DNA of 64,000 bases from IMG/VR virus record IMGVR_UViG_3300045988_079613; one strand, given 5' to 3'. Below the pieces are notes generated by a model, which saw only the letters and a program-made list of their open reading frames with translations, ran no database searches and was not told the DNA's origin. A program made the position numbers and the translations under genes. This stretch comes from a virus. This document shows, piece by piece, positions 36,430 to 49,200 of the stretch. Position 1 is the stretch's first letter; each line of letters starts with the position of its first letter.

Positions 36430-37305
36430 ATGAAAATATGTGGAATTAGTGATATACATGGGAATCTTTATAATGAGATTCCTAAATGTGATGTATTGTG
36501 CATTTGTGGTGATATAGTTCCTTTAAACATTCAGAGAGATATGAAAGAATCTGATAAATGGTTTACTGAAGACTTTACTAAATGGATAAATAATTTACCG
36601 TGTAATAAAGTAATAATAGTACCTGGGAATCATGATTTCTATCTTGAAAGAATGTATATTGAAGGAACATGGGACGTAGTTAAAGCACTTATGAGAGCTA
36701 TAACTAATGATAAAGTAGAAATGCTTATTGATGAGTCTTATACTTATAAAGGAGTTAGTTTCTACGGAACGCCATGGATAAACCCTATTTTGTTTCAGCA
36801 AGGAAGGTGGGCATTTGAATTACAAGATAATGAACTATATAATAAGATACCAAAATGTGATATACTAATTACTCATGATAATCCTAATTATAATAACGCA
36901 TTAGGTTATTATACTTTTGGTAAAGCCAAAGTTCATTTATTTGGACATTGGCATGAAGGAGTATCTAATAAAAATCACAGAAAATATAACTGTTCTATAC
37001 TAGATAATAGTTATAACTTTAAAAAGGATTTAAATATAGTAACATTAGATTTTATGACACAAGAAGGAATTGCATTAAAAACTGAATTTATAGAGTATTT
37101 AAGACTTGTTATAAAAGACTATTTTAAACTAAATGGAAATAAACCTCTTACTCTAGAAGAGTGTAATACTTTTCTTGATATGCAGAAAGAGTTTATAGAA
37201 GCTCTAGAAGAAGACAATAACGAATGGGATACTTCTGGGAGTTTCTGTAGTGATTATAATGAGGAAGAAGATACTCCTAAATTAGAATTAGAAGAAGCAG
37301 CATGA
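36430..37305 (+). CDS. calcineurin-like metallophosphoesterase
   Basis: SDIHGN, CGDIV, GNHD and GHWHEG motifs. Confidence 0.75.
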   Translation: MKICGISDIHGNLYNEIPKCDVLCICGDIVPLNIQRDMKESDKWFTEDFTKWINNLPCNKVIIVPGNHDFYLERMYIEGTWDVVKALMRAITNDKVEMLIDESYTYKGVSFYGTPWINPILFQQGRWAFELQDNELYNKIPKCDILITHDNPNYNNALGYYTFGKAKVHLFGHWHEGVSNKNHRKYNCSILDNSYNFKKDLNIVTLDFMTQEGIALKTEFIEYLRLVIKDYFKLNGNKPLTLEECNTFLDMQKEFIEALEEDNNEWDTSGSFCSDYNEEEDTPKLELEEAA

Positions 37306-38273
37306 AAATAGAAATTCCGTATTATGAAGATAACACGCGAATATCAAATTCAGCAATAGGGTGGTTCTTGAAAAAAGGACCACGTTACCTCAAGGATATG
37401 CTTGACGGTAAAGAAGAAGGTATAAGTGGAAAATATCTTGAAAAAGGTACTATGATACACATGTACTTACTTCAGCCAGATGAATTCTGGCATAATTATA
37501 TGATTATTGACTATGAGAAGCCTAAAACAGCACAGCAGATTGCATTTTGTGAACGTTATTTTCATTCTACAGAATTATTAGAAGAAGATAAATTACTAGA
37601 TGCATATAAATCTGCATACTCTGGCAATAATATGTCTAAAGATGCAATGTTAAAGAAAGCAAAAGAGTTACAACTCAAGTTTGCAGAGTATATTGAATTT
37701 CTAGACAAAAATCAAACATTTACAGTAATATCATTTGCTGATTTAAATATGCTTAAACGAATAGAAGAGAATATTAATAATCACAAAAAAGCAAAAGATT
37801 TACTTACAAATAATCCTGGTTGGGACTGTAATAATGAGTTTCATATAAACTGGGAATCAGAAAAACAGAAGATATCTTGTAAGTCCTTATTAGACAGAGT
37901 TAAAATTGATTTTGTTAATAAGAAGATAATCCTTATAGACTTAAAAACTACAGCAGATGTTTATAATTTTAAGCACTCTGTAGAAGAATATGACTACTAT
38001 AGACAAATTGCATTCTATATTTTAGCTCTTACATGGTATATGTCTGATCTAGGATATAATATAGAGGAGTTTGACTTAGAAGCATACATTATTGCAATTC
38101 AAAGCAATGGTAATAATGAAGTAAGAGTATTTAATATGTTAAACGAAAAAGAGTTATTGGACCGTAAAGACCTAATAGCAGATACTTTAACAGAAATTTC
38201 ATACCATTATCAGACAGGAAATTGGGACCATACTCGTGAATATTACGAAGGAAATGGAACTGAAGAACTATAA
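37302..38273 (+). CDS. PD-(D/E)XK (RecB/Cas4-like) nuclease
   Basis: GTMIHMYLL, LIDLKTT and YYRQIAFY motifs. Confidence 0.55.
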   Translation: MKIEIPYYEDNTRISNSAIGWFLKKGPRYLKDMLDGKEEGISGKYLEKGTMIHMYLLQPDEFWHNYMIIDYEKPKTAQQIAFCERYFHSTELLEEDKLLDAYKSAYSGNNMSKDAMLKKAKELQLKFAEYIEFLDKNQTFTVISFADLNMLKRIEENINNHKKAKDLLTNNPGWDCNNEFHINWESEKQKISCKSLLDRVKIDFVNKKIILIDLKTTADVYNFKHSVEEYDYYRQIAFYILALTWYMSDLGYNIEEFDLEAYIIAIQSNGNNEVRVFNMLNEKELLDRKDLIADTLTEISYHYQTGNWDHTREYYEGNGTEEL

Positions 38274-38421
38274 AAATCTAAAACAATTAAAAGGCTCTGA
38301 TGAGAGCGCTATTGAAGCTATGTATAATAATATTATTGTTGATAATACTGAAGAAGAAGCAAAGTATTCTGCAGTAGAAGTAGATGAAGGGACTTGTGTA
38401 GAAGATGGAATTGACGCCTGA
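38236..38421 (+). CDS. hypothetical acidic protein (start may be 38254)
   Basis: Track ORF overlapping the previous gene. Confidence 0.45.
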   Translation: MNITKEMELKNYKNLKQLKGSDESAIEAMYNNIIVDNTEEEAKYSAVEVDEGTCVEDGIDA

Positions 38422-38824
38422 AGTAATTCTACTATCTCCTAGAGTATTAAGTAAAAGGAAACCCTTAGAACATAAGTCATTTAAAGGACTATATACTAGT
38501 CTTTACGACGAATATTCTAAGGGTTTTATTTATTTAGACTACGTATTCAACAATATTGAAGAAGAAAAAGATATCGAAGGTTGGCTTACTTGTGAAAAAA
38601 CGTATTTTAATAAGAGAATTTTCAATATTAATTCAAGTAAACATACTATATTTACTTTAAAATCTGAAGATAGTAGAGAACTAGAAGATTATAAACAAAC
38701 TGGTAATCTAGGTTTTGGAATAACAGATTGGTATCCTATCTTTCAGTTTTGGGGAGATAGAACAAAAGATATAAAAGATACTGTTTATAATACGATAACA
38801 GATTTAAATAATAGGTTTGAATAA
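38405..38824 (+). CDS. hypothetical protein (139 aa)
   Basis: Track ORF and the last plus-strand gene. Confidence 0.65.
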   Translation: MELTPEVILLSPRVLSKRKPLEHKSFKGLYTSLYDEYSKGFIYLDYVFNNIEEEKDIEGWLTCEKTYFNKRIFNINSSKHTIFTLKSEDSRELEDYKQTGNLGFGITDWYPIFQFWGDRTKDIKDTVYNTITDLNNRFE

Positions 38825-38828
38825 GAAA

Positions 38829-38850
38829 AGGGCTGTTGTGAAACAGCCCT
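38829..38850. terminator. bidirectional terminator between convergent modules
   Basis: AGGGCTGTT-GTGA-AACAGCCCT, a 9-bp stem with A-runs upstream and T-runs downstream. Confidence 0.7.
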
Positions 38851-38856
38851 ATCTTT

Positions 38857-41800
38857 TTATTCTCCAAGTATCTATTTTTTGTAATAATTTCTTTTACTTT
38901 GTATATCTTTTAATTCCTATATATTCCTAAATGGAGTAAGTTTTAAAAGGTTGCGCTCTTGTTCAGTCCATCCTTTATAAGCACCTCGCTTAATAGTAGC
39001 ATCATAATAAGTTTCTTTTAACCACCAGTACTTAATCCTTTCATATAATAAACTAACAGGATTAGAGAATAATTCAAACATATTACTAACATAGTCTGTA
39101 ATAGCAGAAGGTGACTTGATAATAGATGCCATATCCAGAAGATTATATGGAGCTAATGTTTCAAATTGCGATCTTATTATAGTATATGCCAGTAGTTGTT
39201 TAATGATGTTTTTCTTGTCGTCGTCCGCTGACTGCTCTAATAGCGGTCTAAGAAACCAAACAAGGCCTCCATATAATATACCTTCAAAGACCAATCTAGC
39301 CAAATTTTCTCTTACTAGAGGATCTTCTTGATTAAGTCTTTTATAAGTCTTAATTACGTTTTCATTGTTTTCTATAGCATTATCAAATAATCTTACTACA
39401 GTTTTGAATACTCCTTCTCTGTATCTCTAAGCTTGATAATCCCATTGTCTTGTCATTAACCATCTCTCTTGTAAAACAACCGGTAAATATTGTCTGTGCA
39501 TCATAACAAACTATCCTGCCCAATTAGCCAAAATCACAGGCTTTTGTAAAGAAGTAAGCTACCCATCGGCTGATTGTGCTAGAGTTTTGGCAATATAAGC
39601 TATTTTATTCATAGCCTCATCTACTGCTTTCTAGTTTGTTTTATCTTTTGCTACCATTTTACCACCTACAAATTCTACAGCATCATAGAATGAAGTTTTA
39701 TTTCCTAGATTCCAATCCATGTAATCGCCGGGAGCATAAGTAGGAAGTTTATGTTTTCTTTTATATTCCTCTCTACTCATAAAAATTTTTTTACCGCCTT
39801 CTTCTACTAGCTTAAAATTATGCATAACAGAAGCAAGAATCTATCCTTTTACTACATGATCCATTAATGAATATGGACCGAATGCCCAATGTTTAGTGAC
39901 AGCATTAACTAATTGCATTCTGTTTGTAGCATTTGGATTAATTTCTGCACCTATTTCGAAAAGTTCCATAGCTTGAGTTATGAATGTTTTTTTCCTAGAA
40001 ACTCCCAGAACGTTCGATATAGCAAAAAATGAATCTGCTACAATATCAAAGAACGCATGACCAGCATCTATAGGATTGTAATATCTTTGTATTAACATAT
40101 TTGTAATATGCTAATGTAAAGCTGTATAAGCCCCTGTTAACGCACAAGCAAGATTTAAACCTAGATTTCTAAGAGTACCTAACATCTTAAGTATAGATAA
40201 CATTTTTGTAATGTTAATTTCTCTTGGTTTACTTATATCATAAGTAAGTCCAAAAACATTGCCTTTATACGGAATCAAGCCTAATACTTTTCCAGTAGGG
40301 TTATCTCCATATCTTACACTAACGTCTTGAGTTTTTATATCATACAAATTCATGTCTATAAAGTTTTTAACGAATTTGTATGTATTACTGTTTCCGGTTT
40401 TTTCCTCTCCTCTTTTGTTAGTGTATTTAATACCTTGTACGTATCTTTTTAATATTTCTATTCTAGGTTGTATTTGAGTTTTATTTTTCCAACTTTCACA
40501 CGACTTATAGAACTATATTACTGAACCAACTAAATCCGCAGTTAAATACTCAGGATTATCTAATCTTTTAAGATAATATTGAGGTATTACATTTAATCTT
40601 TCTCCATTAGGTTTAGTGAGAGCTCTATTAAAACCAACATCATCGTTTCTACATGATATAAGATCTTTCCAATAATCAATAAACCCTTTAAATGCTCCAG
40701 ATATATAATTTCTTTTCCAACCTGCATGTATATATTTTAACAAACTACCAGATTTCTGTGGAACCCTATAAGGATAAGTCTTATGCAGGTTAGTTAACTT
40801 ATCGTTAGATTCTTTTATAGTATCTAAGATAGCTTGTCTAAGATTCTTTAGAGCCTCATTATTCATTACTTTATGATAATTCTTACTATTATCATAAGAC
40901 TCAACTATTTTACCATCTTCTATTACTTTAGATTTTGGTATCCAGTATTCATTCTATAAGTCTGGGTACTTTTCCTAAGTCTCATAGTAAGATTTGTTAT
41001 AGAATTTGGATTCTTTAGATACCTCTAGCCAGTTACTATTAGGAGCATATTCTATCAAACTTTTATCCTTTGGTACTACTTTTGTATACCATGCTTTTGG
41101 ATTTTTAATGTCATAAGCATTAGCTTTTAGCCACATTTCAGCAGATTCTGGATCTTCTAATACTACATTATAGTAATACTTTTTAAGATCCCTATACCAC
41201 TGTTCTGTTGGTATTGTCTCTGCAATGTCCTCAAATTTGGCATCTCCTTCTTGTATTTCAACTTTTTTGTTTTTTCTAATGATAGACATCTATCTAGACA
41301 ATCTTTGTATAGCAGCTTTAGAATTAGCTGACATATGATCTATGTCTATATTACCCGTCATATCATCCCTATGTTGATTTAATATAGATCTGCGCCTTTC
41401 TTGTAGTTCTGCGTATACAGGACCGTAATATTTTTTTTCTAGCTTTTCTAGTTTCTGATAAAACTCATCTTTATAGCGTACTTGAGAATTTCGTTCTAAC
41501 CATTTCTGTTTTTGTTCTTTTGTCAGATTTGGATCAGCCATAATTTTAGCTTTTTCCTCCTCATATGCTTTACTATTCTTAGTCATAGTAAGACCTTCAG
41601 ATAACTTCTTATTCAGTTCCTATAATTCTTCAGCTATTTTAAGCTTCTCTCCTTGCTTTTTAATACCTGTAGTATCATATAAACTAGCCAGTTGTTTTTT
41701 CTCAAGTAAATAAGCTCTATATGTGTTATATTCCTTATCGCTAAGTCTATCTAGATGTGCTATACCAGCAGAATCTCTAGTTTTATCTACTAGCTGTCGT

Positions 41801-43278
41801 ATTTTTAATTGAATCTCCTCTCTAGCTGCTACCGTACCTTCACTTAAATGATTAAACATATCATAATACTCTCTAGTATATCTTCTATCTGTATGTTTAG
41901 ATAACCATTCATTTCTTCTCTTATTATACTCAATACGCAGCTATCTATTTTCTGGAGCTTTTATATCAGTAAGATCTACACCTAATTCTGATGCTATTTT
42001 TTTCATAGCATCTGCATAGTTCTTTTCAAATTTACCATAGTTTCTAGCTCGTACTATATAACCAGTAGTATTACCATCATCATCTACTTCAAATAACATT
42101 CTCTGATTATATTTTCCAGCTTTACTAAGTAAATCCTCAAGTTTTCTTATAACCTGGTAAGTATTTCTATTTGTTTCTTCTTCTGCTTTATTGATTAAGT
42201 AGAATATTGTCTTAATAGAATCATTGTTTATCTTATCACCAGCACCTATATAGTATGTAAGCCAAGCTATATCTCTCTAAGATGGTGATGGATTAGACAT
42301 TGAATAGTCATAGATAGTTGAGGACTTTACTTCTAGACCTACTTGCTTTAAATTCTATCTAGCATTATCAGCTATTTTACCTTTTACTATAGAATAACCA
42401 TCAGTAAGCATAGCTTGGTAGTCTTTAGCTCTTTTAAGCATTCTATCAAGTATATATTCACCACTACTATCTTTTCCTATTATTTCTCTGTAGTTGTCTT
42501 TATATATTAATTGACTTACTATCTCATCTACTATATCATTATAGAAACCAAAGAAGTTCTGATCTAGATCATTCAACTTAGTATCATCTATGTCCAGTCC
42601 TTTTCTACGGACATTAACGAGATATTCGAAGGTAGGTCGCAATTCAAATCTTAAATTAGCTAAAAATTCATTAATGTTATCTAAATCTGATTTAAGACCT
42701 TCACTAATATTTGCAATTAGCCATTCTGATTCTTTTTTTATCTTAGTTCTAAGTTCTGCGTCAGGATTAGTATTTACTTTTAATCTTGACTATAAACCTT
42801 TCAGTATCTTTACATTTATGTCTCTTAAAATACTATCTAGTTCTTCCTTTTCTTTAGAATTATAATTATCTTTTGTCTATTCTAATCCTATTTCTAAGTC
42901 ATTGTAAGCCTAATCAACGCGTTCTCTTAAGTCTTTATCTGTGTCAAAAAAAGACTTAGCTTCTTCACTTAAAGAATCTTGTGATTGATACTCTAACACC
43001 TACTAAGCAGTTGGTTCTATAGTTAAATCTTTATAAGTATTCTTAAAACCAATTAAAAAAACTTTAGATTTTTCCCTGATAGCCATTTTAGAATCATTGT
43101 TAAAATGACTTAAAAGATCCTAATATAACTTAGAATCTTTACCTTCACTATCAAACTCTAAGCCATAACCATTATTTTCAGATAAGACATAATAGGCAGC
43201 ATCATAGCTACCTAATATGTCAGTATACTCTTTTAACTATGCCTTTATTTCAGGCAATTCTGTTCTTAAACACGTCAT
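38857..43278 (-). CDS. large virion-associated protein (about 1473 codons), TAG-recoded
   Basis: ATG at 43276-43278 overlaps the upstream stop (ATGA). Only TAG interrupts the frame. The first non-TAG stop is TAA at 38857-38859; the last TAGs are at 38917 and 38872. Confidence 0.7.
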
Positions 43279-46200
43279 GATTTCTTACAATGTTTTTTAC
43301 GTTTTTTACCTTCTTCTTTAAGGTTATTCAGATACTCATTTACTTCTGTAATACCTGTTTCAGAGTCCTACAAGGATCCTATAATATCATCTACCAACTC
43401 TGTAGAATCAAAATAGGATTCGTCAGGCATTGCATAATCTTCTCCAAATGTATCATTAGCTTCTTCAATTCCTCCTAACATTTGATCTATTTCACCAAAA
43501 TCTTCTATTGTAGTAGAATTATCCGAAGTATCTACAAAACTTAAAGAAGGATCGCTATCAATTGATTCTGGATCAGATTGTATTCCACTATCTCCAAATG
43601 ATTCAATTAATTCATTTTGAAGTTCTTGATCTAAATTGGAATACTCCTAAGTTTTACCAACTTCAATATTAGAATACTACTCATCCTTAACAAACTGAGA
43701 ATCTTTAATAGTTTTAATATATTTATCTACTATACTATCTATATCCTCAACGGTTTGTTTGATCATTGTGTCTGTAAACTTGTTATTCTCGAATGCAGAT
43801 TGTTCTGTACCATTTTTATATAACTCATATATAGAACTTGCTCCATTATTGAAACCTAACTTAGGTATAGCAACATATACAATGCCGATAGTATTACCGT
43901 CTGCATCTACTATTTGTCCAGATCTCTGGTATAATACCGTATTAGTAGATCTAGAACCTCCTATTTTTACAAACTTATTATTCTTATTTATGTCTGATCT
44001 ACCTAATGCAATAAATACAGTATTCACAGAACTATTAGTACGGTCTTTAGAACTAGCTAGATACATTGTATTAGATTTAGATTCTTCTCCATATCTAACA
44101 TCTACTTTTGGTATATACAATGGAACTACATCATTATCTGCCCAGTAATTTCTTACCATATTTAAATAGATAGAATCTGTTAGTTCTTCTAAAGTAGAAG
44201 CATCCTAAATTATATCTATATCATTCCTTATCAGTTTGTTCATTGCATCTTTTATAGAATCTAAATATCCAATCTATTGTTTGTATTCCATTGGAACTAC
44301 ATTAAAGAATGAATTAGGAGTTCTATTATCATAACTAGTAACAAATGCATATTTTACCAAATCTTCTGCCAACTCTCTGACCATTTCGTCATCATTTGTA
44401 AGAAGATCGTAAAATGCTGACCTAAGTCTATCTTCATAATATCTCGAATTATTTAAAGAAGAAGTAGCAGTAACTATTTTGTTAGCTTTGTTTTTATTAG
44501 ATATGGTAATACCTTGTAGATAATTTAATAAATCGTTAGTAATATTGCCCTATTCATCTACTAAAGTAACTAAATTAGGATCCTATTTATTCTTTCTAAT
44601 ATAATTCTTGACAGCATTAAGTCTGCTAGCTATATTGTCCTTACCAAATGCCATACTGTTTAACTGTTCATCAGACAATCTAATATCAGTACCAGCTATC
44701 ACTACTTTAGCACGAATTATACTCTCTACTTTCTCATTTATTTTTTTCACTAATTCTTTATTACTAGTAGGTCTATATAACTATATAGAAAGAGAACCAT
44801 TAACTTGCTATGGATAATTACCACCTCTTAAATTATGCATTATACTCGTGAATATAGTCTTATAACCATTGGTAGCTCCAAATACTTGAGTTTTAAGTAT
44901 ATTATTAGCTAAATCCATAGCATATACTAATTTCTTATTTAAGAACGTCTTATTAAAGTAGTCCTCAAGCCCATTAAGATCCTCTCTACCTTCAGTATCA
45001 GGAGTAGAGAAGTCCTGTTGATGGTCTTTTATAAATGTCTGATATGAATTATAAAAGTTCTATAATTGAGTAATGTTATTACCATACTTTTTAGTATCTA
45101 TCTGAGAACGTTGAACTAAGTCTGCCATAGTTTGAGCATCTCCACTTAATTCATTATAAGCTGTAAGTACGATTAACTACATTTTAATATCCTGTGGAGT
45201 TACCTAGCCTCTTCTAAATGCATCTAATGTACGAGACAATCTATCCTTGTCAAATGCTAATTTTTTATCTTCATCTGTTATCTTAAGAATAGATTCCTTA
45301 TAAGACTATGATATAGGATAATTATTTAACATTTTAGTATATTTGTCTATCAGTCTACTAATTATAGTATTATCATACTACTGTTTAGATCCAATAGCAC
45401 CATTATTAGCAATCTTAATATTAGCAAATTCCTTTAATATAGGTTGAGCTAAGAAGAAGAACGTATTTTCTCCCTTTCCACCACGTAACAATAAACTAGT
45501 CATATTATATGTTACTTGATTCACATTAAGTTTAATAATGTAAGGATCTTTAGCTACATCGACATGAGCATTAATCATTGCAGATAACCAGTCTAATATT
45601 TTGAAACCATCCTGTCCATTGATTTCATCAAATTGACCAAGACCATAAATATTGTTATGTGAAAATTTCATATGTAGATGTGTGGCTTGAGTCAAGCAAT
45701 GGTTAGTAGAGTTAAGAGCAAAAGGTGCTATACCAGCTTTACCCCAAGTATATTCCATCTTTCTATACTCTTGGAACGATGGCATTAATTCATACATATA
45801 ATCTGCTTCTTTCATCTCATCTACACTTACTTTTGGAAGTATTTCCTTAGTAAGGATACCGGTTAATGTATCAATAGATGCTCTAGTTTCAGACAATGTT
45901 TTTTCATCAGATATTACTAGCGTATAACTATCTAACAGTTTATTTATCAGAGCTCCTTTAGATTGGTCAGAATAGGTTTTAGCATCTTCTTTCCAAGTAT
46001 ATCTCTGATGCGTATTAGGATCATACGAATATGTAGCTATATACAATTTATCAATATCAAAGTCAGAACCAGTCATAGCAGTAAATTCATCAGGTACTAC
46101 TATGGTATCTCCGGTCTATGCTGGTAAAACATCAGCTACTATGAAAGAGAAAGTAGATGACAAACCCTGAGTAGGTATACGATAACCTATACCATATGGA

Positions 46201-49200
46201 TCACTTTGACTACCTATTATATTATTATCCAGCAACCATTTTCTTATTGCTACGTAACCCTATTCCTATACATCCTATGGTACTACATCTCTAAAGAAGT
46301 TAGTACTAAGCATTACTTCCATACTACCTCTTTTAGGATCGAAACTAAGTTTTTTACCATCATTAAAAGGTCTAGTATCTTCGTTAGCATCTGTTATTAC
46401 ATCATTAGCTTTAAAACCAAATGATGCCATTTGAATAGCAGAACCTCCTGGAGTATTTACGTCTATTACTTCTTTATTTATTAAAGAAATTATTTTACTT
46501 TCAATCCAATTACGAACGCTAAGTGCTGCTATAGGAGCTTTAAAGTTACCCTTACTGTCAAGTTTTAATGCATCTATTATTTCTTGAGACATTCCATTTC
46601 CAGTAGCTTCTTCTACTAAATATCTAGACAAAGCAGCTTTATCTATAGAACCGTCTAATTTGAAGAATCTACCTTTCTTTTTCTTTCCATTGATAGTTCC
46701 TCCTTTTAAAGAAGTATAACCTAACGTAGACAATGCTTTAATACAACCAAATATATCCTTTTTTATTTGAGATCCAGATACATGCTTTCCTTTGTTATGA
46801 CCATAGTATCTATCATCTACTACATTACCCATACCAATTTTTATCGCTTGAGTACCGAATGATCTATCTGTATGTTCATGTGGATCTGTATTAAGCTGCA
46901 ATCTTAACTGTTTAATATCTTGAATTCTAGTTGTTAATCCATCATTAAGTCTTTCAACGGCATTACCATTCGTAACTATCATAGTAGATGGCTTATTTAA
47001 GCCTTCTTTATTGAAACTTGTATTTCTGTTGTCATTATAGGCTTTGAACTTATCTTGAGGAGCACCGACCTTAACTGCAGATTCAAACAATAACATGTCT
47101 ATCACACCCAATTCTTCATTATTCATTCTGTCATATAAATACTTATTATCCGCTTTGGCTAGTATCTTAAACATAGGGAATAATGCCATTTTATCGAATG
47201 TAGGTACATTTAATTTAGCTACAGAATCATAGTAATCACCAAAATACATCATCTTTAATGGTTTTATTGATGCTCTTAGAGCTTTACTATACAATTCTGG
47301 ATTACTAAGAACATCATCTGAAGATTCTAGTATATTATATGCTTCTTCTATCTCAGGAGACCATTCTCCTAAAGCTTGCATAATTCTCTTATACATAGCT
47401 GGTCTGATATATACAGCAGCATCTGCTTGATTTATATTGCCACTATTATTCTCATCATCATATGCATAAGGATTTGCAGCTTTCTCAGACTGTTTATCAA
47501 CAAATTTCTTGGAATCATCAGATAAACTGTCATAAGATTCTTGCATTCTATCTTCATTCTTAGTAGCATCAAATAGCTATTTATCTGTCATGTCTGGATG
47601 CTCTTTCTGTAACATAGTTCTTATGAAAGATGCTCTAAATATCTATTTCAATGAATCGTGATATTCAGACCCTATATTGTTATCCTACATAACAGCACTA
47701 ACGAATTTAGTATCATTTCGTGGATCTCCTTCTCCCCAGTATGTTCTGAGATTAGTACCAGTAGATAATACAGAAGACAAACGTTTGATTTTATCCACAT
47801 CTCTCTGGAATACACCTACTTCTTTGCTGGACTTCCACTTATAAAAAGCAGGATCTCCAACAAAACACTTTTCTACTTCTTCTATAGATATTGCGCAATT
47901 AGTTACAAAATTAGCTATTATACTATATATAGCATCATTAGAATTTATATCGTCATAAGATGATTGAAACTATGCTTTATATTTTGCATATATATTAGTA
48001 GGAAGATTACCAGAAGTAAGTTTACCAGATGAATCCCTAGATATTACTCCTAGTTTAATAGCTTCTTCTACTTCTTGATCTACTCTTCTTAATAACATTC
48101 TATTAAGAATATCATGCATACCAGCTACATCTTCTATGAACAATTTTCTGATATTGTCTAAAGTTTCATTAATTAACTTTGGATCATTGCTTTCTTCTGC
48201 AAATTGTAATAGATCATTTAATGAACGTATTTCTCCATCAGGCATTATTATTTGGTTAAAATATCTGAATCTACCACCATTTCCGCCTGGTTTCATTTTA
48301 CCATCTTTCCCTATTTTGCCGTGATAGTTAGAATAATATCTCGATCTTCCTTGTTCTACGTCAGACTTTGTATTATAATATTCAGTAATAGCATTAAATT
48401 CGTCTACAAAATAATTATAGAATATATTTAAAGTATTTTTACTAAATCTAAAATCAACTGGTACTTCTATTGTTTCCCCTTCAAAATTTGTAGTTGTAAC
48501 AACAGAATGTAGAAAATCTTTAGGAACATCTATTCCTTCTATGCTATACCATGTCTTTTTATCAGACATTGTAGGTAAAACTAATCTATTATTTTCAGAT
48601 AAAGTTAACTTTGTAATATAATCCTCCAATGGAGTTATACCAAAATAATCCCTACTAGTATCTGTTAACTCATCATTAATAGCTAATAAAGTATGCAGTT
48701 TTAATTTAGGTTTATTTTTTCCTAGCAGTGCTTTTACAATAAGACTATTCTTACAATAAGGAGTATTGTTTAAGTTCTGCAATTTTCCATATGCGTTAGT
48801 GTTTAACCATCTGATCTAATCGGACATATAGTTATTCTATGTGATAGGATATACTAAGCTACCATCTGCCCCAGTTACACTAAATTCTTCTGGAGTAGGA
48901 TGTGTTTCTCCATATGCAATAGCCATTAAGTTCAATACGCTGTTTGGATTATAATAATTAAATATCTTATCTGCACTAATAGTCACTCCTCTAAATTTAG
49001 TAACTAAAGTTTTATTAGCCGCCATTGCTCTAATATTCTCATATACAGAGTTTCTTATAGAATTTATAGCTGCTCCATTTTTAGAGTCTGTATTCTTAGT
49101 TCTGAATATCAAGTTAAAAGCGTCTACACCATCTATTCCAGTAGATTCCTTAGTACTTATACTACCTAATAAATAAGTAAGAGCATCATTGTCAAAATTG

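Noticed and set aside
38857-38919. TAG at 38917-38919 as the true stop of the 38857-43278 gene.
   Set aside because: TAG is read through dozens of times upstream in the same frame. The next TAA (38857-38859) sits directly against the bidirectional terminator. The last 20 codons remain uncertain.
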